Positions 26,164-37,920 of a stretch of 64,000 nt of DNA are shown one piece after another. Each line of letters opens with the position of its first letter. The first letter of the stretch is position 1. Position numbers and translations under genes: made by a program. Below the pieces are notes generated by a model. That model did not search any database, was not told where the DNA came from, and worked only from the letters and a program-made list of their open reading frames with translations. This DNA comes from Octopus vulgaris (taxonomy: Eukaryota), in contig OX597821.1 of assembly GCA_951406725.2 (NCBI GenBank), positions 72,540,001-72,604,000 on the forward strand, given 5' to 3'.

Positions 26164-26731
26164 TGTGGTTGAGAATCCAATCTGCCATATTTTTCCTTAA
26201 AGATCTGAGCATTTGGTTAGAAAATGATTTGGATATCATTTCAATCAGTTCAACCAACTTAGATTTATGGTATGAAGAGGAAACCCAAAGTGATGAATAT
26301 CTGATTCACAAAAACGAATTTCATTATTAAACTAAAATACCTCTTGTCTGTCATGTTGGGTTTCTACTGAAATTCTTGCTAATTGACTCAATCATAAACA
26401 TAAATGGATTTGGTAAGGAGAAAGAAAAGGCCAACTTTTTATCTTTCTAGGATTGATCAAGCTACGACCCTTCTCAATACGTCTGGTTTTGTGCCTTTGT
26501 AAGAAAGCATTGTCGTTATTGGTGATGAGGTAGAAGAATTGGCAGATAGTCACACTAAAATACTTGTATTTGTGTCTGCTTTGAGTTCAAGCCTGACTGG
26601 TGATTGTTCACTATATTCTATCCCTATTTGGGTCAATAAAATAAAAACTAGTTGTTTAGCCTCATGTCAGTGCTGCCCGTGTGGACCTATGATTAAAAAT
26701 TTTCCAGTCGTGACCACCTTTAGTGGAAAAG

Positions 26732-28255
26732 CATCATCATCATCATTGTTTAACATCCGCTTTCCATGCTAGCATGGGTTGGACGATTTTCACTGAGGGC
26801 TTGCGAAACAGATGGCTGCACAAGCCTCCAATCTTGATCTGGCAGAGTTTCTACAGCTGGATGCCCTTCCTAATGCCAACTACTCAGAGAGTGTAGTGGG
26901 TGCTTTTTACGTGCCACCGGCACGGGGCCAATAAGGCGGTACTGGCAGTGACCTTGCTCGAATCTTTTTACACATGCCAGTGAAGCGACGTTGGTAACGA
27001 TCACGCTCGAATAGTGCCTTTTTACATGCCATGGGTACGGAAGCCAGTTGGCTGCTCTGGCAACGATCACGCTCGGATGGTGCTCTTGGCACCCTACAAG
27101 CACATGCACAAGTGCCAGTAAAGCGACGCTGGTAACAATCATGCTTGAATGGTGTCCTTTTGTGTCACTGGCACGGAAGCCGGTTAGCCGCTCTGTCAAC
27201 GATCACACTCGTATGGTACTCTTTGCACCCCGCTAGCACGGATGCCAGTCATCGAATTGATTTTGATTTTGATTTTACTTGCCTCAACAGGTCTTCGCAA
27301 GCAGAGTTTAGTGACCAAAGAAGGAAAAGGTATGCATAAGCGGGCTGTTTATGGTCTCATTTGGCTTGCCGGGTCTTCTCAAGTACAGCATATTTCCAAA
27401 AGTCTCTATCACTAGTCATTTCCTTGGTGAGGCCTAATGTTCAAAGATCGTGCTTTACCACTTCATCCCAGGTCTTCTTTGGTCTACCTCTTCCACAGGT
27501 TCCCTCAACCGCTAGGGTGTGGCAAAATTTCACACGTCTATCTTTATCCATTCTCACCACATGACCATACCAGTGCAGTCGTCTCTCTTGCACACCACAT
27601 CTAATGCTTCTTAGGTCCAACTTTTCTCTCAAGGTACTTACACTCTGTCGAGTATGCACACTGACATTATACATCCATCGGATCATACTGGCTTCATTCC
27701 TCGCGAGTTTACGCATGTCCTCGGCAGTCACAGCCCATGTTTCACTGCCGTGTAGCATGGCTGTTTGTACATATGCATCATACAGTCTACCTTTTACTCT
27801 GAGCGAGAGGCCCTTTGTCACCAGCAGAGGTAAGAGCTCTCTGAACTTTGCCCAGGCTATTCTTACTCTAGCAGTTACACTTTCAGCACATCCGCCCCCC
27901 GCTACTGACTTGGTCACCTAGGTAACGGAAGCTATCAACTACTTCTAGTTTTTCTCCCTGGAATGTGGCGGAAGTTGGTCTCTGCGCATTTTCAGTGTTT
28001 ATCGCTCCCGAGCAGCTGCCACATACAAAAACTATCTTCCCACTTAGCCTTCCTTTGAAGGCACCTCTTATGTGTCCATAGCTTACACTGGGTACATCTT
28101 ATAGAGTTTCTACCTACGCCTCTACTACAGATCGAGCAGGGCCATCTACCTGAAGGGATTTGTGGTTTGCCTGCCTTCCTACTTATTATGACTTTGGTTT
28201 TAGCTAGGTTGATTCTAAGGCCCTTCAATTCTAATTGTTGTTTCCACACTTCAAA
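26732..28255 (-). mobile_element. 5'-truncated RTE-clade LINE (end of RT, C-terminal domain, 3' UTR, (GAT)n tail)
   Basis: Minus-strand peptides GLRINLAKTKV, FRYLGDQ, ARVRIAWAKFREL, LHGSETWA, RRLHWYGHVVRM and GRGRPKKTW; frameshifted. Confidence 0.92.
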
Positions 28256-28644
28256 CTATATCTTAAAATGATAAGACATATCTTATTTCTAAAATGAGAT
28301 TTAAAACTAGTTGGAAACATTCTTTCAACTAATAAAAGGGTGATTGACATATAAGAGAGAGTTAGACTAAGTACCTTGCAGTATTATGAATCTATATGTT
28401 CTGTGTTCAAATCCTGCTGTAGATGGCTATACCTTTCAGGACAATAAAACAAGTTCACCTCCTTTTTTTTTTTTTTTAAAATAATTTATGGACTTGAACC
28501 AATGTAAAAGATCAAATTTTTAGCAAATGAATGCAAGCATTATGGTTTGGTTAAGGTGACATTAGGTTGGGTGTCATAGCAGAGTTGATGAGGGCTGAAC
28601 TGTTATTAACAACAACAACAGCGGTTTAATAATTAGGAAAGTTC

Positions 28645-29020
28645 ATGCAGAAACGTTAGCATGGCAGGTGAAATGCTAAGCGGTATTTCGTTTGCCATTC
28701 AAATTCCACTGAGGTTGACTTTGCTTTTCATCCTTTCGGGGTCAATTAAATAAGTACCAGTTATGCACTGGGGTCGATATAATCGACTTAATACTTATGT
28801 CTGTCCTTGGTTATCCGCTCTGTGTGTAGCACCTTGAGGGTAGTAAAGAAATAGGTATTTCTTGTCTTTACGTTCTGAGTTCAAATTCCGCCGAGGTCAA
28901 CTTTGCCATTCATCCTTCAGGGTCGATAAATTATGTACCAGTTGCATACTGGGGTCGATCTAGTCGACCGGCTTCCCCCCCCCCCCCCCAATTTTAGGCC
29001 TTGTGCCTAGAGTAGAAAAG
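28645..29020 (+). mobile_element. SINE family B, tandem (dimeric) copy
   Basis: Head plus central GCTTTTCATCCTTTCGGGGTC..TAAATAAGTACCAG unit, repeated after the junction GTAAAGAAATAGGTATTTC. Confidence 0.8.
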
Positions 29021-29824
29021 AATAATTAGGAAACTTAAGGTGGTGAGCTGGTACAGTAGTTAGCACATGGAGCAAAGTGTTTAGCAGCATATTGACCTTA
29101 CGTTCAGATTCTGATGAGGTCGACTTTGTCTTTCATCCTTTTGTGCTGGCCTTGTGCCAAAACTGAAAACAATAATCAGGAAACTCGAGCATCATCATTG
29201 TTTATTACCCACTTCTCTATACTCGCATGGAATTCGCTGAGAGAGATTCTCAATGGTTGGATGCTCTTCCTGTCATCAACCCTCGCCAATTTACAGGTGC
29301 CAGTAAGATGACGCTGGTAACGATCACGCTCGAATGGTGCCTTTTAATTGCCACTGGCACGGAAGCCGTTGTGGAAGCAAATCAATCCTAACTCTGCAAG
29401 AGTAGAATATGAGGGAGATTTGGCTGTTATTTCTAAGAGGTTGAATGTCTTTTCAAATAGGAAGTTGCCAATTTCAGATCTTCAAAAGAATTGGTTCCAA
29501 TTGGAAATCAAAATTAGGTCAGGAACTCAGCTTGCAAAAAATTGATTACCACATTACTGCAAGTTCTCAATATCACCACCACCACCACCTCCTCCTCCTC
29601 TTCCTCCCTCTATACCTAAACACACCCACACATGATTACTTCAACCACTACATAGCAATATGACCTTATTTGTCTCTTCGTTAAAATTAGTGAGATTAAA
29701 GATCACTGATTGAAAATATTTACATGAACCACAATAATAAGAATTCTTAAATACATTTAGTTACAAACTGAAAATGAAACAAAAAACAAGATTGCCTTTT
29801 TTTTATTTATATGTTTACATTCAT

Positions 29825-30215
29825 AGGCACAGGAGTGGTAAGTAGCTTGCTTACCAACTACATGATTCCAGGTTCAGTCCCACTGCATGGCACTTTGGGC
29901 ATGTGTCTTCTTCCATAGCCTTGGGCAGACCAAAGTCTTTTGAGTGGATTTGGTAGACAGAAACTGAAAGAAGCCTGTCGTATATATATATAGATATGTA
30001 TATGTTTGTGCGTCTGTATTTGTCCCCCCTACCACCACCATCGCTTGACAACCGATGTTGGTGTGTTTACGTTCCTGCAACTTACCGGTTCGGCAAAAGA
30101 GACCAATAGAATAAGTACTAGGCTTACAAAGAATAAGTCCTGGGGTTGATTTGTTTGACCAAAGTAGGTGCTCCAGCATGGTCACTGTCAAATGACTGAA
30201 ACAAATAAAAGAAGA
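29825..30215 (+). mobile_element. SINE family A, near full-length copy
   Basis: GGCACAGGAGTGG...GGTTCAGTCCCACTGC head; tail GGTGCTCCAGCATGGTCACTGTCAAATGACTGAAACAAATAAAAG. Confidence 0.85.
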
Positions 30216-30771
30216 GAATATATTTTCTTATTTGCTCACATCTTCCAGTAATAGCTGTGGGCATCACTGAGGTTTATTAACATTATTTTCTCGTGTTATT
30301 TCTGATTGTACAATTCAGCACCTGCTAATCTGTCTGATATTGCTATTGGTCATTTGAGAACACATTCAAAACACAATCCATTAGCTGAGCCAACTCTTTC
30401 AGCTGCAACACTTTACAAAAAGTTTATAAATAAATAATAAAATGTTGCAGTTTGCTTGAAACATTGTATATGATATGAAATGCTGAAAGAGATAGAAAGC
30501 TAAACAATGCAAAAATGGACTGGAAGATGAGGTAATGAAAATTAAAAGTAAGTTACCTGGTAATCTTTATTTTGTCTTTTTTATTGTTGTCGTTTTATCT
30601 GTCCAATATTTCGGGACCTAAAAGTCCCTTCGTCAGGGTTTAAGGAACTTTCATTGGATAATGTTCCAATTTCCTCTCTTTGGGATAAGATTTTGATTTA
30701 AATTTTTTCTTAAATCGTTTTCAAGTGTTTTTAAATGGAAATTGGAATATTATCCTGTGAAAGTTCCTTAA

Positions 30772-30990
30772 CCCTTTAGTGTTCAGATTATTCTATCAAA
30801 CATAATGCTTATTGATTCCCATTGATTTGAATTAATCATGCATTATCTCATATCTTCAAGATCTTGATGGTGTAATTACCTAATGTAGAATAACATTGTA
30901 GGGTAGGTGTGAGAGCCTGGATCTGGTCAGTTTGAACATAAAACAGATTAAATATTTTGGCCGGATATGGCCGGTTTAAATACTAAAGGG
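30772..30990. mobile_element. Complete piggyBac-like MITE (219 bp)
   Basis: TTAA TSD on both sides; TIR CCCTTTAGT / ACTAAAGGG; the uninterrupted target (GAAAGTTCCTTAAACCCT) is preserved in the opposite arm of the host palindrome. Confidence 0.92.
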
Positions 30991-30995
30991 TTAAA

Positions 30996-31031
30996 CCCTG
31001 ATGAAGGGAGTTTTAAGTCCTGAAATATTGG
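30996..31031 (+). ncRNA. Minimal type I hammerhead ribozyme-like motif (antisense partner at about 30603-30638)
   Basis: CTGATGA and GAAA core boxes flank stem II; palindromic AATATT replaces stem III. The minus-strand copy has a perfect GGGAC/GTCCC stem II. Confidence 0.6.
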
Positions 31032-31479
31032 ACAGATATAAGAACAACAGCAACAACAATAAAAAAAAAAAACGACACAAAGATTACCAGGTAACTTTTG
31101 ATTTTCATTACCTAATCTTTAGGTGTTACATATTTTATTTAATAACAGCTTGACTCATTTCCATGCAAATTAAAGTTTGAAAGGTTTGTAGAATGAATCT
31201 AACTCATCAGGCATCTGCAGGGAGAGAGAATAACAAGACAGGAAACAAATTCAAGACAGTGTTTAGATGTTAGACTTGTATTGGTCAACCCAAGTTGCAT
31301 TCATGGTGTTATTGGTCCTAGAAATGACATGAACTATTGTTTTTTTTTATGCTTAGGTCCATGTAGTCAGACATAATGTTGGCAGGGAGCAGTCACTGCT
31401 TTGCCTGAAAGCTGTGGTATGATTTAGTGACATCAGTTTGTAATTAGGAACCTAATTAGGCATAAGTAGAAGAACCTCT

Positions 31480-31960
31480 GCACTCTCAGTGAAGAGAGAA
31501 ATTTTCAACAGGGCCACCCCACCCCATTATGAGGCATTTGCAAAGAATGGATTCACTGAGAAGTTGGTACATATATGGAGGGCATCTTGCTACCAAATAT
31601 GAATAGAGTCAGAAAGAGAAAGATAATCTTGTTCAATCTTTCATTTAATCAAGAAGTTTCAGCCAACATAAATAGGAACTTCAAGGTGCTAATTAAAAAA
31701 CATTTCCCAGGAACCCATAAGTATTATAAACTTTTCAATCTCCAATGTCAAGGTCAGCTACTCCTGCTTAGACAACATTGTTTCTAACACACACTACAAC
31801 AGATGCAAACACACTCTTGCCCAGCCTCCTATACACACTCAACCTGTAACTGTTGAAATCCTACCAACTGCCCTCTCAACACCCAATGGCATTACAAGAC
31901 ACTACACAGCCATGATAACCAATGTCTTCAAGGGAAGGTATACACAGTATATGCACTGCA
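31480..31960 (+). mobile_element. Penelope-like retroelement remnant (RT thumb/linker leading to GIY-YIG)
   Basis: RKRKIILFNLSFNQEVSANINRNFKVLIKKHFPGTHKYYKLFN, then VKVSYSCLDNI and CNC..PTNCPLN; characteristic PLE linker, frameshifted. Confidence 0.8.
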
Positions 31961-32142
31961 GGGTACAAGGATAAGAAAAACTATACCTCCCCTTATCTCA
32001 TTTTTTCTTCCTCAATACCAAATTGAGTATCATTGACAGGGCCCCACCTGTTTCTGTCCTACCCATGCATGGAAGAGTGACGTGAAATGATGATCACACA
32101 CACACATATATATATATATGTATGTATGTATGTATGTATATA

Positions 32143-33424
32143 TCAGGTCATTAAGAATGAAATGTCTGATTTTGAACTGAAAGTTTATTTTACTTTATCT
32201 CGACAAAAAGCAATGCAGTTAATCAAAGTATACACCTAAATTATCAACACAATTTTGCCATTTTATCGGTAACTTATTTATGCCGGCAGCGAAGAATTCT
32301 GGAGAGCTAGAGGTGATGAAATCATAAAAGGTTGTTTTTGCAGCTTCTTCAGATTTTTAGTTGCTTCTTTGCAAAAAGTTGTTCAATTCCTGGAAAACAT
32401 GATAGTCAGTTGGTGCAAGGTCTGGTGAATATGGTGGATGACAGTACTTCCAAGTTCAGTTCCTGTAACTTGAGTAGTGTTCTTTGTGCAACATGTGATC
32501 AAACATTGTCTTGCAAGTTAATTGACCTGTCTCTATTGACCAATCTTGGTTGTTTAATTGCAAGTTCACTTGTCATTTCCTCTAATTGGTTGATGTATAC
32601 ATCCGCTGTAATTGACTTACCAGATCTTATGAAGCTGTAGAGGATGACACCAGAGCTGGACCACCAAGCAGACACTATAAGCTTTTTTTGGTGAATATTC
32701 TTTTTTGGATTGTGTTTTAGCACTTCATCTCTATCCAACCACCATGCAGAATGCCTGCTGTTGTTGAAAAGAATCCATTTTTCATCACATGTAACAATAC
32801 GATGCAAAATAGTCCACTTTTATGCTGTGACAGCAAAGAACAGCAAGTTTCAAGACGACATGTTATTTGATGCTCATTTCATTCGTATGGTACCCTCTTG
32901 TCCAGCTTCTTTATCTTGCTGACTTGTTTCAGATGGTCCAGTGCAATTGGGATCAAAACATCAAACCTGGCCGCTAACTCAGGTGTAGTTTGAGATGTAT
33001 CTGCTTCCACTACAGTTTCCAGCTCATCATTATCCACCTTGGTCTCTGGTCTACCATGGGGCTGATTTTCAAGAGTAAAGTCACCAGACTGGAACTTCTC
33101 AAACCATCCATGTACAGTGCGCTCATTTGTCACATCGTCACCAAACATCTTGCTGATGTTTCGAGCTGTCTGGGATACATTGGTTCCATGATGGAACTCA
33201 TATTCATAAACAACACAAATTTTTTATCTATCCATGGGTTCGGAAAAATTGATTTACAAGAGAAAACTCACAATATAATCAGACACCATGAATTGCATTT
33301 CGTAAAGTGATGATGTAACTCTTCAATGTTGTAAAACAAAGAATTGTCAGAATAAAACATTAGAGTTAATGACTGTCAAACTTGGTGCATAAGAAAATCG
33401 GACATTCCATTCTCTATGACCTAA
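32143..33424 (-). mobile_element. Full-length decayed mariner (DD34D, cecropia/Hsmar1-like), 1282 bp
   Basis: ~30-bp TIRs T(C/T)AGGTCAT..AGAATG(A/G)AATGTC(T/C)GATTTT with TA flanks; ORF pieces TVHGWFEKFQSGDFTLE..GRP, RVPYE (WVPHEL), IVTCDEKW and LQDN. Confidence 0.95.
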
Positions 33425-33429
33425 TAGCA

Positions 33430-34087
33430 TCGTTTTTTTTTTTTTTTTGCTACTACAACATGGCTGTTCTATAAACAACTATGTCACTACATTTTAACCC
33501 CAGGAAATTGTCTTTTCCAGCTGGTCAATAATAACCTGTGTCCAGTATACTATAAGGGAGCGAATAACTCCTCTCTAGCTTGGCAAGACCAGTGACCATG
33601 GTTTCTGGGTCTTTACCTTTCATCAGTATCGGACACAGGTTGTGTGTCCGTTTTCCTGAGGTTAAAATGTAGTAACAGAATTCTTTATACAACAGCCATA
33701 TCATAGTGGCAAAAAAAATGTTACCATCTAGTATTGTTAGTACATATATCTTGTTTAGATATTTTAGAATATTTGCTCGTTACTGGATCAGCGGCTATCT
33801 GCCGCCTCTCTGTTTATATATTGTGAGTAGGGACGATTGACTACCATTTCTAGCAGGCAGGTGTCCAGTACTGATGAAGGGTAAAGACCAAGAAATCATG
33901 GTCACTGGTCTTGCCAAGCTGGAGGGGAGTGATTCACTCTCTTACTTCCAATATATCAAACACAGGTTGTGTGTCATTAATTAGCTGAAGAAGACGTTTT
34001 CCTGGGCTTAAAATGTAGGAACATAGTTCTTTATAAAACAGCCATATTATAGGGACAAAAAAAACATTACCATCTAGTATTGTTACT
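33430..34087. mobile_element. Penelope-type pLTR cluster: antisense unit, partial sense unit and full sense unit, with hammerhead motifs
   Basis: 33430-33636 is the reverse complement of 33861-34070; 33633-33740 repeats the 3' half directly. Confidence 0.75.
33865..33908 (+). ncRNA. Minimal type I hammerhead ribozyme-like motif (antisense partner at about 33589-33633)
   Basis: CCAGT-A-CTGATGA-A-GGGT-AAAG-ACC(A/C)-A-GAAA-(T/C)CATGG-TC-ACTGG: stem I CCAGT/ACTGG, GUC cleavage triplet, palindromic ACCATGGT stem III in the consensus. Confidence 0.65.
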
Positions 34088-34719
34088 CGTTTAGAGACTT
34101 TAGAACTAGTTACTTTGCTTGTTCTATATATGTATATATTTTATAAAAGGATTCATGTTCATATTTTCGTTCTTGCATGGGTTGGTCAGATCTTCTTCAG
34201 TACAGTATTTCTCTCCACATGATGCAGTCGCCTGCAACATGTAGTGAGACATTTCATCATCTCTTTCATGAGATTCATCTCCCTGAAGCCAGCAGTCACA
34301 TGTTGATTTGTACATTGTTACTGACAAAAAAATATTTTACAAATCTTTATGGTAAAATAGTTTGACTGCAGCAAACGAATCAATGGTGGCCGAGAAAGAC
34401 AAGTTTTTGATGGGGAAAGTCTACATGAGTTCAATCAGTGAATAAGAAACAAGACAAATGCCAAATATGTTCAATTCATTTCCTGATAATGATACTGAGA
34501 AGGTCTGCAAACCTCAGATGCTCCACTGTTCCTAACTGGCTGTAAAAAGCTAAGAAGAAAATATGAAAAATAGAAAAAAAGAGAAAACTTGAACATAAGG
34601 CGGTGCTCCAGCATGACCACACTCAAAATGACTGAAACAAGTAAAAGAGTAAAAGAATAGTCATGTTTCTATTGATACTCAGCTGAAAGAGTGAGCAAAT
34701 GGCATTCTATAGGCTGTTA

Positions 34720-34930
34720 ACATCATCATCATCATCATCATTTAACATCTGTGTTCCATGCTAGCATGGAATGGCTGTTAACATCATCATCATCATCATC
34801 ATTTAACATCTGTGTTCCATGCTAGCATGGGATGGTACAACTAGAGCCGGCCAGGCCGAAGCCTGCACCAGACAGCTGTGATTGTTTTGGCAGCTGGATG
34901 CCCTTCCTAACACCAACCACTCAGTAGAGT
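34720..34930 (-). mobile_element. RTE-like LINE tail copy with a locally duplicated end
   Basis: GGCTGTTAA(CAT)nTTAACATCTGTGTTCCATGCTAGCATGG occurs twice in tandem. Confidence 0.8.
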
Positions 34931-35207
34931 GGACTGCATGGTTGATAATCCTGTATCTGCATGTGAAGTGTTACAAATGAGACCTGCACCTCTCGGTTTA
35001 CATGCAACTTGTCTCCATGATTCCAATTCCTCTCTTAACACAGCAAATGAAAATGCATCAAGAATCTGAACCAAAGACTCAACATTCAACTCCCTTCCTG
35101 TTTCTGCACCTTACACATACGGCCGTTTGTGTGTGTGTTTCTGCAATTATATTTAGCACACAATATCTAGACATTTATACATACATATACCCATACATGT
35201 ATACGTA

Positions 35208-35388
35208 CGTAAAAAGCACCCACTACACTCACGGAGTGGTTGGCGTTAGGAAGGGCATCCAGCCGTAGAAACACTGCCAGATGAGACTGGGCCTGATGCA
35301 GCCTTCTAGCTTCACAGACCCCAGTTGAACCATCCAACCCATGCTAGCATGGAAAGCGGACGCTAAATGATGATGATGATGATGATGA
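35208..35388 (+). mobile_element. RTE-like LINE tail copy
   Basis: Tail consensus plus (GAT)n. Confidence 0.85.
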
Positions 35389-35394
35389 TATACA

Positions 35395-35705
35395 AACGTG
35401 ATCATGTGACCGACCAGACTATCGGATGTTGTTATACATCACTAGTCACAATGCGCTTTCCATTGATTTTTGTTTTTTTGTTTTTTAGCTGTCAAATACC
35501 ACTTTGTTGGCTGGTTGAGCAGGACAACATTCCTCCTGGATTGGAAATCTAGTCTGTTGCAGGGTGTACCCATTTACAGCTGAGTGGACTGAGCAACATG
35601 AAATGAAGGGTTTGGCTCATGAACACAATGCACCACTCAGTCTGGGAATTGAACCTACAATGTAGTGACAGTGAACACAACACCCCTACCACAAGGCCAT
35701 GCACC
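35395..35705 (-). mobile_element. tRNA-derived SINE family C (related copies at about 22600-22720 + and 54900-55070 -)
   Basis: Minus-strand head TGGCCTTGTGGTAGGGGTGTTG...GGTTCAATTCCC; body CCCATTTACAGCTGAGTGGACTG..AACATGAAATGAAG. Confidence 0.65.
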
Positions 35706-35786
35706 TTTACACATAGATACATGCATATATAGACACACACACACACATACAGGGAATGAAAGGAATATTTCTAATGCATGTATGAT

Positions 35787-36126
35787 CATTGACAGAGCGG
35801 CTAACCATCTTCTGTGCCAGTGGCACTTAAAAGCACCATTCGAGCGTGATCGTTACCAGCGTTGCCTTACTCGCACCTGTGCCGGTGGCATGTGTAAAAG
35901 ATTCCAGCGAGGTCGTAGCCAGTACCGCCTGACTGGCTCCGTGCTGGTGGCATGTAAAAGCACCCACTACACTCTCGGAGTGGTTGGCATTAGGAAGGGC
36001 ATCCAGCTGTAGAAACTCTGCCAGATCAAGATTGGAGCCCGGTGCAGCCATCTGGTTCGTCAGCCCTCAGTCATTCATCCAATCCATGCTAGCATGGAAG
36101 GCGGACGTTAAATGATGATGATGATG
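35787..36126 (+). mobile_element. RTE-like LINE 3' UTR copy
   Basis: One internal repeat unit, the tail consensus and (GAT)n. Confidence 0.85.
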
Positions 36127-37569
36127 TACTGTAATAGTTTACAAAGACATTTATTTATAGATTTGTGGATGCAGCAATAAGATTTCTAAGAAAAAATGCC
36201 AAACTAAAAAAATAATAAAATGAAGGATAAAAAATAAATAAACAAAACAATTTTCATTTGAAATATCTCGGTTATTCTGCACTTGTGTCTCGGTTGTTTT
36301 GTGATGAAATCAAGAAATCCTTTTTAGAAACAGAAAGAAAATAACACAGGGTTTATTTTAATTTTCTTTCTTTCTTTGGTTTCTTTGAAATCTATTCTCC
36401 TTCTAAAACTGTTTGTTCTTTGCTTCATCTTCCCAGTTTTCAGTCAATAATTCTTTTCTGCCATACTTATGATATACATAGAAAGAGATCCACAGTAAAA
36501 TTAAGAGCAATGTCGGCTTCGGGTTATAGAAATTTCACAAATGTGTTGAAAGCATTAGGATTTTTGCAAATAAAAGAAATTTGACAATCAATAATTTTCC
36601 ATCTATGAAAATCCATGGAGATGTTGTTTGTTCATTGCTAGCCATCAACCAGGATTGGTAGCAAACCATTTATAAGATAACATGGGATTTGATTAAAGGA
36701 AATCAGGATATAATCTATGAAAAGTTGATTCAAAGAAGAATCATTTAGTTGGGTTTGTTTTCTTTTTTCTTTTTTTTAAAGAAAATATTATAAATCAAAA
36801 TGTGATGACATGAGTCTTCATTCCAATAAATATTGATGTCTTATATAAGTTTCAATTTTGGCACAATGCCAGCAAGTTTGGAGGAGGGGTAAGTCTCTGA
36901 CGTTGGTCCTAGTGCTCAATCATCATCATCATCATCATCATCATTGAATGTTCACTTTCCATGCTGACAGGAGCCGGCAAGCTAGAGGATTGTACCAGGC
37001 TTTACTCTTTTGGCATGGTTTTTACAGCTGGATGGCTTTCTTGGTGCCAACCCCCTTACAGAAAAAGCTACTTATTTCATTGAACCCAACAGGATTAAAG
37101 GCGAAGTCGACTACAGTGGAATTTGAACTTAGAACACAAAGACAGATGAAAGCTGCTAAATATCTTCATCACATGCTTTCCACCTTATTGATGTCTCATA
37201 TTGGCAGGAAACTTAAGCTGTTGTTGTTTAGCCCAGGGTTGTCCCTGATTGAGAAGGCCAACAATACAAGACATTTCAGCCATGGCCATCCAGCTCATTT
37301 TCGGATGAAATATAAATCTTGAACTACATCATCCTTAATAGAGGCAAAGTTGGTTGCTAGTCAGTGGTGGTCATGTGACTGAAGATATCATCATCACCAT
37401 CACCACTACAACCATCACTGCCACCATCATCACCGCTTCACACCTGTTTCCCATCCTAGCAAGAACCAGGCAGGTTACCAGGATCCAAGTCAGTTTGGAT
37501 TCACAGTTATTATCCTTCAAGAGAAATCAAAGAATCCTGTCACATTGGAATATTCTATGTTTAATACCT

Positions 37570-37920
37570 TTTATTTTTCACTTGTTTCGGTTATTAGACT
37601 GTGGCCATGCTGGGGCACCACCTTGAAGAATTTTTGATCAAATGAATCAACTGGTATCTTTTTTTTTTATTTTGCTGAACTGCTAAGTCAGGGGGACATA
37701 AACACACCAACGCTATGTCAAATGGTGGTGGTGGGGGCAGATACAAAGACACACATACGACAGGCTTCTTTCAGTTTCCATCTACCAAATACACTCACAA
37801 GGCTTTGGTCAGCCCAAGGCTATAGTAGAAGAAACTTGCCCAAGGTTCCACATGGTGGGACTGAACCCAGAACTATGCAGAGGGGAAGCAAGTTTCTTAT
37901 CACACACCCATGCCGGTGCC
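37570..37920 (-). mobile_element. SINE family A copy
   Basis: GACTGTGGCCATGCTGGGGCACC...GGCTTTGGTCAGCCCAAGGCTATAGTAGAAG...GGGACTGAACCC. Confidence 0.8.

Larger units (their letters stand above)
30524..31119. mobile_element. Fold-back element of inverted Penelope-type pLTR-like repeats, each arm with a hammerhead motif
   Basis: Arms about 30524-30675 and 30737-31119 (the latter interrupted by a MITE) are reverse complements; motif CC-CTGA(T/C)GA-A-GGGAC-loop-GTCCC-GAAA-TA-TT-GG. Confidence 0.8.

Noticed and set aside
25840-27240. CRISPR-like repeated units
   Set aside because: Eukaryotic context, no unique spacers and no cas genes; the units are tandem repeats in a LINE 3' UTR.
29111-29140. 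CTGATGAGG as another hammerhead core
   Set aside because: It is a mutated SINE B segment (CCGCCGAGGTCGAC); no stem II or GAAA.
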